Positions 17,850-26,786 of a stretch of DNA of 64,000 nt are shown here, in pieces. Source of the DNA: Clostridia bacterium (GTDB taxonomy: Bacteria > Bacillota > Clostridia > Oscillospirales > CAG-272). How positions within the stretch are numbered: the first letter of the stretch is position 1; each line of letters begins with the position of its first letter. A program made the position numbers and the translations under genes. Location of the stretch: NCBI GenBank assembly GCA_017399145.1, contig JAFQEG010000041.1, positions 3,323 to 67,322 of the forward strand. The letters run 5' to 3'. The notes beneath the pieces are model-generated. The model ran no database searches, was not told where the DNA came from, and saw nothing but the letters and a program-made list of their open reading frames with translations.

Positions 17850-18803
17850 ATGGACAAGAAATTGGAAAAATACGAAAAGTATAGACAGCTTGAGGGCAGA
17901 GTCCTCGAGGAAAGATACGTTATTAAAAAGCTAATAGGTGTTGGTGGAATGGCTGTTGTTTATCTAGCTAAGGACAAGCACCTAAACCACATGGACGTTG
18001 CAATCAAAATGCTTAAGGATGACGTTGCACAGGACGAAACAGTTGTAAAGCGCTTTAAGAATGAGGGTAGAGCACAAACTATACTTAATCACCCAAATAT
18101 CGTTTTAGTACACGACGTTTCCGTAAAGGGCGAGGCTAAGTATATGTCAATGGAATACGTTGATGGTATCACGCTTAAAAGCTATCTCAACGCTAAAAAC
18201 GAGCCACTTGAGTTTTCTGAAATAATCAGCTACACCGTTCAAATTTTAAAGGCACTAACTAAGGCGCATGCTAGTGGAATTATTCACAGAGATATTAAGC
18301 CACAAAACGTAATGGTATTGCAAAACGGACAGGTTAAGGTAATGGACTTCGGTATTGCAAAGCTACCAAACGCAGAAACCATAACCGTAACAGATAAGGC
18401 TGTTGGCACGGTTTACTATATGAGCCCTGAGCAAGCAAGTGGAATGAAGATTGATGCAAGAAGCGATATTTATTCCCTAGGCGCTATGATGTACGAGCTT
18501 GCAACAGGCACAACCCCATTCAAGGGTGAAACCCCATTTGCAGTCCTTGTTAAGCATATGACCGAGCCACTTGTACCACCAAGAAATATAAATCCAAGCA
18601 TTCCAGTAGGACTTGAGCAGGTTATTATGTGCGCTATGAGTAAGGACCCAGCACAACGCTTCCAAAGTGCTAGTGAAATGCTTAAATATGTACGAGCGTT
18701 AAAGGAAAATAAAAAGACAAGATTCGAGGAGCTTCCCTCAAACGGCTTCTGGAAAAACCTAGCTGGAAGACTAAAAAGAGTCTTTTCAAAAAAGGATAAA
18801 TAA
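17850..18803 (+). CDS. prkC: Hanks-type Ser/Thr protein kinase, kinase domain only (no TM or PASTA region)
   Basis: GGMAVVY, VAIKML, HRDIKPQN, DFGIAK and SPEQ. The 317-aa product ends in a basic tail with no hydrophobic segment. Confidence 0.88.
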   Translation: MDKKLEKYEKYRQLEGRVLEERYVIKKLIGVGGMAVVYLAKDKHLNHMDVAIKMLKDDVAQDETVVKRFKNEGRAQTILNHPNIVLVHDVSVKGEAKYMSMEYVDGITLKSYLNAKNEPLEFSEIISYTVQILKALTKAHASGIIHRDIKPQNVMVLQNGQVKVMDFGIAKLPNAETITVTDKAVGTVYYMSPEQASGMKIDARSDIYSLGAMMYELATGTTPFKGETPFAVLVKHMTEPLVPPRNINPSIPVGLEQVIMCAMSKDPAQRFQSASEMLKYVRALKENKKTRFEELPSNGFWKNLAGRLKRVFSKKDK

Positions 18804-18810
18804 GAGACCG

Positions 18811-19755
18811 ATGATAAAGGGACTTGTAACTAAATGTCAGGGTGGACTTTATACAGTTTTGCTTGACGAAAAAATTGAGGGTGAAGAGGTAGTTTCAGTA
18901 AGAGGCAGAGGTGCCTTTCGCCACGAGAAAATAGTTTTGCTATCAGGAGATAGAGTAGTGCTTGAAAGAAATCAAGACGGAAGCTATTTCTGTAAAAGCA
19001 TACTAGAGAGGAAAAATTCTCTTATAAGACCACCTCTTGCAAACCTAGACTACATTTTTGTAGTAATTCCTTGCAAAAAGCCAATGCCATCTCTTGAAAT
19101 TGTTGACAAAATGATTGCTATTGCAGAGTTTAATAAAATCGAGCCTGTGATTATAATTTCAAAATCCGACCTTGACGGAGAGTTTGCCAAGGATATGTAT
19201 CAAATTTACAAGAATAGTGGCTTTGACGTGTTTATCACCTCATCGGAAAGCAACGAGGGGGTTGATGATATAGTCGAATACCTTAATAAAATAACAAGGG
19301 ATAAAAATCCAATTTGTGCCTTTGCTGGTGCTAGTGGTGCAGGAAAAAGCACGCTTATAAACGCACTTTTCCCAACGCTTAAGCTAGAAACGGGGGCACT
19401 AAGTGAAAAAATTGAAAGAGGCAAAAACACCACAAGGACAACTGAATTGTTCCCCCTAAAGGAGCTTTTGAAAAACGAAAATGGTGGCTATCTTGCCGAC
19501 ACTCCAGGTTTTTCACTTCTAGATTTTGAAAGGTTTGACTTCTTTACTCTTAGCGACCTTCTAGGCACCTTTAGAGACCTAAATTCTGTATCTGAGCAAT
19601 GTAAATATACAAAATGCTCACATACAAAGGAAGAGGGCTGTGCCATTTTGCAAAAGATAAAAGAGGGCAAAATAGAAAAGACAAGGCATCAAAGCTACAT
19701 AGCACTCTATGAGGTGCTAAAGAAAAAGCCTAGCTGGAAAAATAAAACAAAATGA
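18811..19755 (+). CDS. rsgA: Ribosome small-subunit-dependent GTPase A
   Basis: GASGAGKSTLINAL, DTPGF, and Zn motif CKYTKCSHTKEEGC. Confidence 0.93.
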   Translation: MIKGLVTKCQGGLYTVLLDEKIEGEEVVSVRGRGAFRHEKIVLLSGDRVVLERNQDGSYFCKSILERKNSLIRPPLANLDYIFVVIPCKKPMPSLEIVDKMIAIAEFNKIEPVIIISKSDLDGEFAKDMYQIYKNSGFDVFITSSESNEGVDDIVEYLNKITRDKNPICAFAGASGAGKSTLINALFPTLKLETGALSEKIERGKNTTRTTELFPLKELLKNENGGYLADTPGFSLLDFERFDFFTLSDLLGTFRDLNSVSEQCKYTKCSHTKEEGCAILQKIKEGKIEKTRHQSYIALYEVLKKKPSWKNKTK

Positions 19756-19781
19756 GCTTGCAAAATGCAAGCTCATTTTTT
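19753..19781. terminator. Terminator (usable from both strands)
   Basis: TGAGCTTGCA-aaa-TGCAAGCTCA hairpin followed by T6. Overlaps the rsgA stop. Confidence 0.85.
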
Positions 19782-19787
19782 ATAGCC

Positions 19788-19865
19788 CTATTTCTTAGAT
19801 ATTTTAAAAAGCTTTCTTAATAAAGGGGCTAAAAGCTTAGGCGACCTTACTATAACAATCTTCAT
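19788..19865 (-). CDS. Candidate 25-aa cationic small ORF (MKIVIVRSPKLLAPLLRKLFKISKK)
   Basis: Minus strand reads GAAGGGAG RBS, 6 nt, then ATG (19865-19863), with stop TAG at 19790-19788. A candidate promoter TTGTCA-17-TAGTAT lies at 19923-19895. Bracketed by two terminators. No homology evidence. Confidence 0.3.
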   Translation of the reverse strand: MKIVIVRSPKLLAPLLRKLFKISKK

Positions 19866-19920
19866 AAAATGCTCCCTTCAAAATCCTTACTAACATACTA
19901 TGCAAATAATAAGAAGGTGA

Positions 19921-19950
19921 CAAAAAACAACCCGAAAATCGGGTTGTTTT
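19921..19950 (-). terminator. Rho-independent terminator of the deo/pdp operon
   Basis: Minus strand reads ACAACCCG-atttt-CGGGTTGT followed by T6, immediately after the pdp stop. Confidence 0.85.
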
Positions 19951-21252
19951 TTATAAAATAGTATCTAAAATCAAGGCTTCTTCTCTGGGCTTTTCCTGTG
20001 AATAGGAAAGGGAGTTAGTCAAAATTGATTTACAGCCTGGGAAAAATGACTTATCCTTAGAATAAAGGGTTGCAATAACCTGACCCTTCTCAACGTAATC
20101 GCCATAGGATTTTTCTAAAATAATTCCAGCTAAGTGGTCGATTTTATCAGTCTTTTTTACTCGTCCTGCGCCTAAAAGCATAGAGGCAATTCCCACACCC
20201 TTAGCATCAATTTTTGAAATATAGCCACTTTCCTTAGCCACATATTCATCCTTATGCTTAGCACGAAGAAGCAACTCAGGGGTGTTTATATATTTTACGT
20301 CGCCACCCTGTGCGATAACCCATTCCTTTAGCTTAATAAGGGCACGACCTGAGGTAATAGCCTCGTCGACCAGCTGATTAGCCTTTTGTGTATCAACACC
20401 AAGTCCCATAGAAACCATATTAGAGGCAAGAGCAAGGGCAATCTCACGTAGCCTTTTTTCACCCCTACCACTCAAAATTTGAATAGCCTCATATACCTCT
20501 ACGGAGTTACCAACTGCATAGCCAAGAGGAATATTCATATTAGAAATGACACAGCGCACGTTGCGACCAAAGCCACGACCGATTTTTATCATAGCATTAG
20601 CAAGAGAAATGCCACTCTCCAAATCCTTCATAAATGCCCCATTACCAACCTTAATATCTAAAACAATAGACTTAGCGCCAGAGGCAAGCTTTTTAGACAT
20701 AATAGAGGAGGCAATCAAGGGGATTGACTCGACAGTTGCAGTAACGTCACGAAGTGCGTATAGCTTTTTATCGGCAGGGGCAAGGCCTTCACTCTGTCCA
20801 ATTACGCAAACACCAATTCTATCTACTTGATTTAAAAATTTAGCTTGCGAAAGAGTGGTGGAAAGCTTTCCAAGAGACTCTAATTTATCAATAGTGCCAC
20901 CAGTAAAGCCAAGACCACGGCCAGACATTTTAGCCACCTTTAAGCCAAGAGCTGCAACAATAGGGGCAACTATAAGAGTTGTTTTATCGCCCACACCACC
21001 GGTCGAATGCTTGTCAACGCTTAAATCCCCAAAGCAGGATAGGTCAATCTCGCTACCCGACCTTAGCATTGCATTAGTAAGATTAAGAGTTTCTTCCTCA
21101 TTCATACCATTTATGCAAATAGCCATCAAGAGGGCGGATGCTTGATAATCAGCAACAGAATCATTCATATACCCACTTACGAAAAAATCAATTTCTTCCT
21201 TAGTTAAGGGCAGAGAGTGTCGCTTTTTGTCAATAATATCGTAAATTCTCAT
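19951..21252 (-). CDS. pdp: Pyrimidine-nucleoside (thymidine) phosphorylase
   Basis: DKHSTGGVGDKT and SGRGLGFTGGTIDKLES; 433 aa. Confidence 0.93.
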   Translation of the reverse strand: MRIYDIIDKKRHSLPLTKEEIDFFVSGYMNDSVADYQASALLMAICINGMNEEETLNLTNAMLRSGSEIDLSCFGDLSVDKHSTGGVGDKTTLIVAPIVAALGLKVAKMSGRGLGFTGGTIDKLESLGKLSTTLSQAKFLNQVDRIGVCVIGQSEGLAPADKKLYALRDVTATVESIPLIASSIMSKKLASGAKSIVLDIKVGNGAFMKDLESGISLANAMIKIGRGFGRNVRCVISNMNIPLGYAVGNSVEVYEAIQILSGRGEKRLREIALALASNMVSMGLGVDTQKANQLVDEAITSGRALIKLKEWVIAQGGDVKYINTPELLLRAKHKDEYVAKESGYISKIDAKGVGIASMLLGAGRVKKTDKIDHLAGIILEKSYGDYVEKGQVIATLYSKDKSFFPGCKSILTNSLSYSQEKPREEALILDTIL

Positions 21253-21260
21253 AATAATAC

Positions 21261-21665
21261 CTATTTAATACTAAACTTGTTAAATGAAGATGGTAGTAGG
21301 CTATCAAGAGTAGTAATTTTTGTTTCCTTACCATTGAATAAAACTACCTCTAATTGTGGTGGGCAAAGCTCAGACAAAAACTGCCTACATGCACCACAGG
21401 GATAAACAAAATCTGTAATTTTCTGCTTGCCACCTACAACTGAAATTGCTAAAAACTCACACTCTCCCTCGGAAATTGCCTTAGAAAGGGCAACCCTTTC
21501 TGCACATAAGCACTCGGAATAGGCAGAGTTTTCAACGTTACAGCCTGTATATATTTTTCCATTCTTACACAAAACCGAGGCGCCAACCTTAAAGCCAGAG
21601 TAGGGGGAATAGGAATTTTCCCTTACCCTTATTGCCTCGTTTATCAATTGAGAGTAATCCTTCAT
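21261..21665 (-). CDS. cdd: Cytidine deaminase
   Basis: Contains CAERVAL and PCGACRQ zinc-binding motifs; 134 aa. Confidence 0.93.
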   Translation of the reverse strand: MKDYSQLINEAIRVRENSYSPYSGFKVGASVLCKNGKIYTGCNVENSAYSECLCAERVALSKAISEGECEFLAISVVGGKQKITDFVYPCGACRQFLSELCPPQLEVVLFNGKETKITTLDSLLPSSFNKFSIK

Positions 21666-21680
21666 ATTATTCTCCTCAAT

Positions 21681-22802
21681 TTATTTCAAATTAAAATGCT
21701 TAAGCACCATATCGCCTATTTCACAGAAGGAATCAAGAGTGCCAAGATTTTTCGACGTTGCCCATTTCTTGCAAACAAGCACAGGAATATATTCTCTTGT
21801 GTGGTCGGTGCTTGTGTCCCCTGGGTCGCAGCCATGGTCGGCTGTAATAATAAGCAAGTCCTCATCTCTTAGCTTTTCTAAAATAGTAGGTATAAACCTG
21901 TCAAATTCGCTTAGGGCACTTGCATAGCCGTCAATATCATTTCTGTGGCCGTAAAGCATATCAAAGTCCACAAGATTAGTAAAGCAAAGACCACAAAAGT
22001 CCTTATCAAGATATTCAAGAGTCCTTTTAATTCCATCTAAATTAGACTTTGTTTTGTTGCTTTCTGTAATACCTCTACCTGCAAAAATATCGTTTATTTT
22101 GCCAATAGAGATAACGTCATAGTTATTTTCTGAAAGAGTATCAAGTATAGTTTTTCCACTAGGTGCAAGAGAGAAGTCACGTCTGTTAGCAGTCCTTTTA
22201 AAATTAGGAAATTCCCCAACAAAGGGTCTTGCAATTACACGACCAACACCGTGCTTTCCAACAAGCATACCTCTTGCTATTTCACAGTATCTGTACAATT
22301 CGTCGATGGGGACAACGTCCTCGTGTGAAGCAATTTGGAATACACTATCAGCCGAGGTGTATACAATTAAGGCACCAGTTTCAATATGTGTCTTGCCATA
22401 GTCGTAAATTACCTGAGTGCCAGAGTAAGGCTTGTTACAAATTACAGACCTGTTACAAAGCCTTTCAAATTCCTCGATAACCTCGGGTGGAAACCCGTTT
22501 TTATAGGTAGGCAAGGGATTTTCTGAAATGACACCGGCTAATTCCCAATGACCGACTGTTGTATCCTTGCCACGGGATTTTTCCATAGCACGACCATAAA
22601 TAGCCAAGGGAGTGTCTGTTTTTTCAATACAATCAACACCATCAATATTGCCAAGGCCTAATGAAATTAGATTAGGAATTTTCAATAGCTGAGATTTTGT
22701 TGTGCTTTTTAGAGTGTTAGGGCACTTATCCCCAAAATCCAAGCAATCGGGCAAGGGACCAATGCCAAAGCTATCTAAAACTATTAAAAAGGCTCTTTTC
22801 AT
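21681..22802 (-). CDS. deoB: Phosphopentomutase
   Basis: MKRAFLIVLDSFGIG, ITADHGCDP, and operon context. Confidence 0.9.
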   Translation of the reverse strand: MKRAFLIVLDSFGIGPLPDCLDFGDKCPNTLKSTTKSQLLKIPNLISLGLGNIDGVDCIEKTDTPLAIYGRAMEKSRGKDTTVGHWELAGVISENPLPTYKNGFPPEVIEEFERLCNRSVICNKPYSGTQVIYDYGKTHIETGALIVYTSADSVFQIASHEDVVPIDELYRYCEIARGMLVGKHGVGRVIARPFVGEFPNFKRTANRRDFSLAPSGKTILDTLSENNYDVISIGKINDIFAGRGITESNKTKSNLDGIKRTLEYLDKDFCGLCFTNLVDFDMLYGHRNDIDGYASALSEFDRFIPTILEKLRDEDLLIITADHGCDPGDTSTDHTREYIPVLVCKKWATSKNLGTLDSFCEIGDMVLKHFNLK

Positions 22803-23503
22803 AGACTAATCGCCACCTCAAGTGCAAGAGTAATCATATCTCTAAAGGTGTTTTGTCTTTCCTCGCTAGTTGTTGCCTCGTTTGTTATTAAATGGTCGGA
22901 AACAGTACAAATAGCAAGTGCATTTTTCTTTAGTCGCATAGCATTCATGTAAAGACCGGCAGCCTCCATTTCCACGGCAAGCACGCCTAATTTATTCCAC
23001 TCTAGGCTACTTGTATCACTATAAAAGGTATCGCTTGAAAGCAGATTGCCTACGTGATAGGTAAATCCAAGGTCCTTTGCCTTTTCAACTGCCCTTGATA
23101 AAAGTGTGTAGCTAGCAATAGGCGCAATTGTGCCACTAAGACCATATTGACTACCAAAGGAGGAATTTGTACAAGCACCCATGCCAATTACAATATCTCT
23201 TACCTTAACGTTTTCCTGCATACCACCGGCAGACCCTACACGAATAATATTTTCAACACCAAAAAATGAATATAACTCGTAGGCGTAAATGCTAATAGAT
23301 GGAATACCCATACCACTTGCCATTACGCTAACCTCTTTACCCTTGTATGTGCCTGTGTAGCCTTGAATGCCACGTACGTTATTTATTAGCTTAGGATTTT
23401 CCAAAAAGCTCTCAGCAATGAATTTTGCACGAAGTGGGTCCCCTGGCATAAGCACAGTTTTTGCAAAATGTCCCTGTGGATTAATATGTGGAGTCGCCGT
23501 CAT
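22799..23503 (-). CDS. deoD: Purine nucleoside phosphorylase, DeoD type
   Basis: TPHINP, GSAGG and VEMEAAGLY; 234 aa. Confidence 0.93.
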   Translation of the reverse strand: MTATPHINPQGHFAKTVLMPGDPLRAKFIAESFLENPKLINNVRGIQGYTGTYKGKEVSVMASGMGIPSISIYAYELYSFFGVENIIRVGSAGGMQENVKVRDIVIGMGACTNSSFGSQYGLSGTIAPIASYTLLSRAVEKAKDLGFTYHVGNLLSSDTFYSDTSSLEWNKLGVLAVEMEAAGLYMNAMRLKKNALAICTVSDHLITNEATTSEERQNTFRDMITLALEVAISL

Positions 23504-24161
23504 TTTTCATACCACCCCTTTTAATTATTTGTACAATTCTACTTGTACCAAGTCGAGAAGCACCAAGGTCAAGAAAATCACTTGCATCCTGTAAGGATGA
23601 AATGCCACCTGCCGCCTTGATTTTTACATTTTCACCAACGTATTTTTTGAAAAGAATTATATCCTCACGAGTAGCCCCACCCAAAGAAAAGCCAGTTGAG
23701 GTTTTAATAAAGTCGGCACCCGACTCGGTTACTATTTCGCACATTTTTATCTTTTCCTCTTCGGTCAAAAGACAGGTCTCAATAATAACCTTAAGAAGCC
23801 TACCATCACAAGCCTTTTTAATATCAATAAGATCGGCTTTGATTTTATCGTAATTTTTACTTTTCAAATCGCCAATATTTATAACAGTATCAATTTCGTC
23901 AGCACCATTTTTAACTGCATTTTGAGTTTCGTAGCATTTTGTAAGATTAGTGGTGTAGCCGTTAGGAAATCCAGTTACTGTACAAATCTTGATTTTTTCA
24001 CCCACGTATTCCTTAGCACGGGCAACGAACGAGGGTGGAATACAAATTGACGCACAGGAAAAGAAAACACCCTCGTCACAGGTTTTAATAATATCGTCAA
24101 TAGTTGCATCAACCTTAAGATTAGTATGGTCAACACAGGATAAAATTTTTTCAATATTCAT
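23481..24161 (-). CDS. deoC: Deoxyribose-phosphate aldolase
   Basis: DHTNLK and FIKTSTGF (Schiff-base Lys region). The 3' end overlaps deoD by 23 nt. Confidence 0.92.
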   Translation of the reverse strand: MNIEKILSCVDHTNLKVDATIDDIIKTCDEGVFFSCASICIPPSFVARAKEYVGEKIKICTVTGFPNGYTTNLTKCYETQNAVKNGADEIDTVINIGDLKSKNYDKIKADLIDIKKACDGRLLKVIIETCLLTEEEKIKMCEIVTESGADFIKTSTGFSLGGATREDIILFKKYVGENVKIKAAGGISSLQDASDFLDLGASRLGTSRIVQIIKRGGMKNDGDSTY

Positions 24162-24234
24162 AATTTTAAGCCCCTTTCTATTCTACTATTATAGTAACAT
24201 ATTTTGGTGGCAAAATCAACCAAAAATAAATATC

Positions 24235-24263
24235 TAGACAAAAAACGAAAAATATGGTATAAT
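24235..24263 (+). promoter_or_regulatory. Sigma-A type promoter with extended -10
   Basis: TAGACA (24235-24240), 17-nt spacer, TGgTATAAT (-10 at 24258-24263). Confidence 0.55.
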
Positions 24264-24319
24264 ATCAATGTGCTTTAAGTAAATTAGCACGCAAAAAAGA
24301 CACTAGAGAGGATAATTTT

Positions 24320-25294
24320 ATGTCAAGAAGGGTAGTAACGCTTGTGCCACAAAAAGAGGCAGAAGAGAAAAGCACCTCCAAAAAAGCAGTACAGGAAAAG
24401 CCTTGCGACAAAGTAGCCCCCAAAAAAGAAAATGGTAATAAAAAAAGGAAAAACACCTGGAGACGTGTAAAAACCTTAACCCCTTATGCAAGAATAGTAC
24501 CTTACATAATGGAGGATAGAATAGGGTCGCAAAACTTCGTTTTTGATAAAATTGAAATGAACGCTATTGATAAATACGTAAGGAAAAAGCAACAAGAGGG
24601 GCTCAAGTACTTCAATCTTATGCACGTAATTATTGCCGGCTACATTCGTTCAGTTTCACAATTCCCAGGCTTAAATCGTTTTATTCGTGGTCAAAAGGTT
24701 TACACAAGAGAGCTTATTGAAATATCCCTAGTAATCAAAAAGGAAATGTCAATAGACTCCCCCGACACAGTTATAAAGCTTTTGTTTGAGCCAAACGCAA
24801 CAGCCGATGACGTATACAACGAGCTAAACAAAAAGATTGAGGAGTACAGAGATTCACCAAACAGTAGCTTTGATAAGCTTGCTAAGCTTCTTAACCTCAT
24901 ACCAGGCTTGTTCTTGCGTTGGACGGTTAGCACACTAAGATTAATGGACTATTTTGGTATGCTACCTAGGTTTTTAACAAACCTTTCTCCATTCCATTGC
25001 TCATTCTTTATCACCTCAATGGGCTCGCTTGGTATTCCACCTATTGTGCACCATCTTTATGACTTTGGCACAGTACCCGTATTTTGCTCATTCGGTTCAA
25101 ATCAAAGAGAATACAAGGTAAGGGCAGATGGTAGCGTATATAAGCACAAGTACGTTGATGTTACATATAATCTTGATGAAAGAATTTGCGACGGATTTTA
25201 TTATGCAGCCGCAATGAAATATATGCGTGCAATCTACAAAAATCCTGAAAAATTAGACACTCCCCCTGAGGTTATAATTGAGGATATCAAATAA
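24320..25294 (+). CDS. Stand-alone 2-oxoacid dehydrogenase E2/CAT-fold acyltransferase-like protein with a basic N-terminal tail
   Basis: HVIIAGYIRSVSQFPGLNRFIRGQKV resembles the E2 catalytic-domain core. The C-terminal LDERICDGFYYA aligns with the DHRxxDG active-site motif but has Glu in place of His. No lipoyl domain. Confidence 0.5.
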   Translation: MSRRVVTLVPQKEAEEKSTSKKAVQEKPCDKVAPKKENGNKKRKNTWRRVKTLTPYARIVPYIMEDRIGSQNFVFDKIEMNAIDKYVRKKQQEGLKYFNLMHVIIAGYIRSVSQFPGLNRFIRGQKVYTRELIEISLVIKKEMSIDSPDTVIKLLFEPNATADDVYNELNKKIEEYRDSPNSSFDKLAKLLNLIPGLFLRWTVSTLRLMDYFGMLPRFLTNLSPFHCSFFITSMGSLGIPPIVHHLYDFGTVPVFCSFGSNQREYKVRADGSVYKHKYVDVTYNLDERICDGFYYAAAMKYMRAIYKNPEKLDTPPEVIIEDIK

Positions 25295-25322
25295 AAAAAC
25301 AGGCAAATGCCTGTTTTTTGTT
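25295..25322. terminator. Bidirectional terminator
   Basis: A-run, then ACAGGCA-aa-TGCCTGT, then T6. Lies between convergent genes. Confidence 0.85.
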
Positions 25323-25898
25323 TTATTTTGTTGGCTTTGCCTCAGGGTTACTTGCTTTAAGAATTGCTTTTACAAAGATAAATACAGCACCAGCCACACC
25401 TAGTAATAGAAGTAGGCAGGATGTAAGCATTGCAAATATATCTACGAAATTGTAGTAGCCATCAAGGAAGGTAACTCTACCAAAGCCCTCGAATAACTCG
25501 CCAATCTTTGGAAATACTCTTACGAGATTAACAATCCAATAGAATAGGTCGAAAAGAAGAATGCCAGCAGTACCAACTATAAAAGCAATAGGAGTTGCGT
25601 ACTTTACAACCTTGCCCTTGCCATCAACCTTGTCACCAAGCTTGTCAGCAAACAAGAATAGTGCAAAGAAGCCAACACAACCGATTGATTGAACTAAGCC
25701 TGCATGACTGGAAAGACAAGAGGATAGATAAACCTCCATAACCTGAAAGAAATCATTAGCCCTAAAGCCTACAGTAAGATACACGTTTGCAAATTCAACA
25801 ACGATTGAAGAAACTAGTAGGGAAATAGCAAGTATTGAGAAGATTTTAATAATTGCTCTTGTTCCCCTTGAAATAAATTCCTTATCCATAAAAATCAC
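25323..25898 (-). CDS. Polytopic membrane protein, unknown function
   Basis: 191 aa with about 5 predicted TM helices. No recognisable motif. Confidence 0.55.
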   Translation of the reverse strand: MIFMDKEFISRGTRAIIKIFSILAISLLVSSIVVEFANVYLTVGFRANDFFQVMEVYLSSCLSSHAGLVQSIGCVGFFALFLFADKLGDKVDGKGKVVKYATPIAFIVGTAGILLFDLFYWIVNLVRVFPKIGELFEGFGRVTFLDGYYNFVDIFAMLTSCLLLLLGVAGAVFIFVKAILKASNPEAKPTK

Positions 25899-25999
25899 CT
25901 CATAGTCAGTATATCATAACAATCTGCAAAGGTCAACAAAAATTTCAAAAAGTGGCAAGGGCGTATAAAAAAGCACCACAATCGTGGTGCTTTCTCTTA

Positions 26000-26524
26000 T
26001 TATTCTGGAAGAATAAGACCGTATCCACCAGCCTTACGTCTGTAAACTACACAGGTTTCAAGCGTATCTGCATCCTTAAACACGAAGAAGTCGTGACCTA
26101 GCATATTCATTTGAAGAATTGCTTCCTCTACTCCCATTGGTTTAAAGGAAAAGGTCTTTGTCTTAATGTTTTGTACGTAGTCGTCCTCGACAACGTCTGG
26201 TAGGTCCTCTTCAATAATTTGGAAGCCCTCAGCCTTGATTCTTTTTTGAAGCCTTGTCTTGTTTTTTCTAATTTGTCTTTCAAGTGCTTCAATAGAAGAG
26301 TCGATAGCAGTAGCGAACGTATCAGCCGTCGCCTCTGCACGATAAACCATACCGCCTGCGTGGATAGTTACCTCAACCCTTTCCTTTCCATTTGGCATAG
26401 AAAAGGTAACGTCCATTTCACAACCGTCCTCGAAAAACTTGTCAAACTTGGAAAGCTTCTTCTCGGCATTTTCCTTAACTGAGTCGTAAACTCTCATTTG
26501 GCGTGCGGTAAAATTCATTTTCAT
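26000..26524 (-). CDS. hpf: Ribosome hibernation promoting factor (long HPF)
   Basis: S30AE-like N-terminus (MNFTARQMRVYDSVKENAEKKLSKFDKFF) and a C-terminal dimerisation domain (KPMGVEEAILQMNMLGHDFFVFKD). Confidence 0.9.
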   Translation of the reverse strand: MKMNFTARQMRVYDSVKENAEKKLSKFDKFFEDGCEMDVTFSMPNGKERVEVTIHAGGMVYRAEATADTFATAIDSSIEALERQIRKNKTRLQKRIKAEGFQIIEEDLPDVVEDDYVQNIKTKTFSFKPMGVEEAILQMNMLGHDFFVFKDADTLETCVVYRRKAGGYGLILPE

Positions 26525-26725
26525 ATTAGCACCTCTTTTGCTGTGAATTCAAAGAGAAATCTCTTTGTTGATTACATTATATCATACATTTGAGTAAAAA
26601 TAAATAGAAAAAGTGAAAAAAATCTAAAAAAATTGTGAAAAGTACCTAAAAAATTTGAAAAATCACAAAAATAACTTAATTAAAACTATCAAAAAGTAGA
26701 AAAAGCAAAAATAAGTGGATTTTGG

Positions 26726-26755
26726 TTGACTTTTTTCGCTATAATATGATATACT
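26726..26755 (+). promoter_or_regulatory. Sigma-A type promoter preceded by an A-tract-rich region
   Basis: TTGACT (26726-26731), 18-nt spacer, TGaTATACT (-10 at 26750-26755). Confidence 0.5.
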
Positions 26756-26786
26756 AATTATTGTTTAGTACACACAAGGAGCAGGT

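Noticed and set aside
23481-23503. A 23-nt overlap between deoC and deoD, considered as a possible frameshift or pseudogene.
   Set aside because: Both proteins are full length with intact motifs. Short overlaps are normal in tightly coupled operons.
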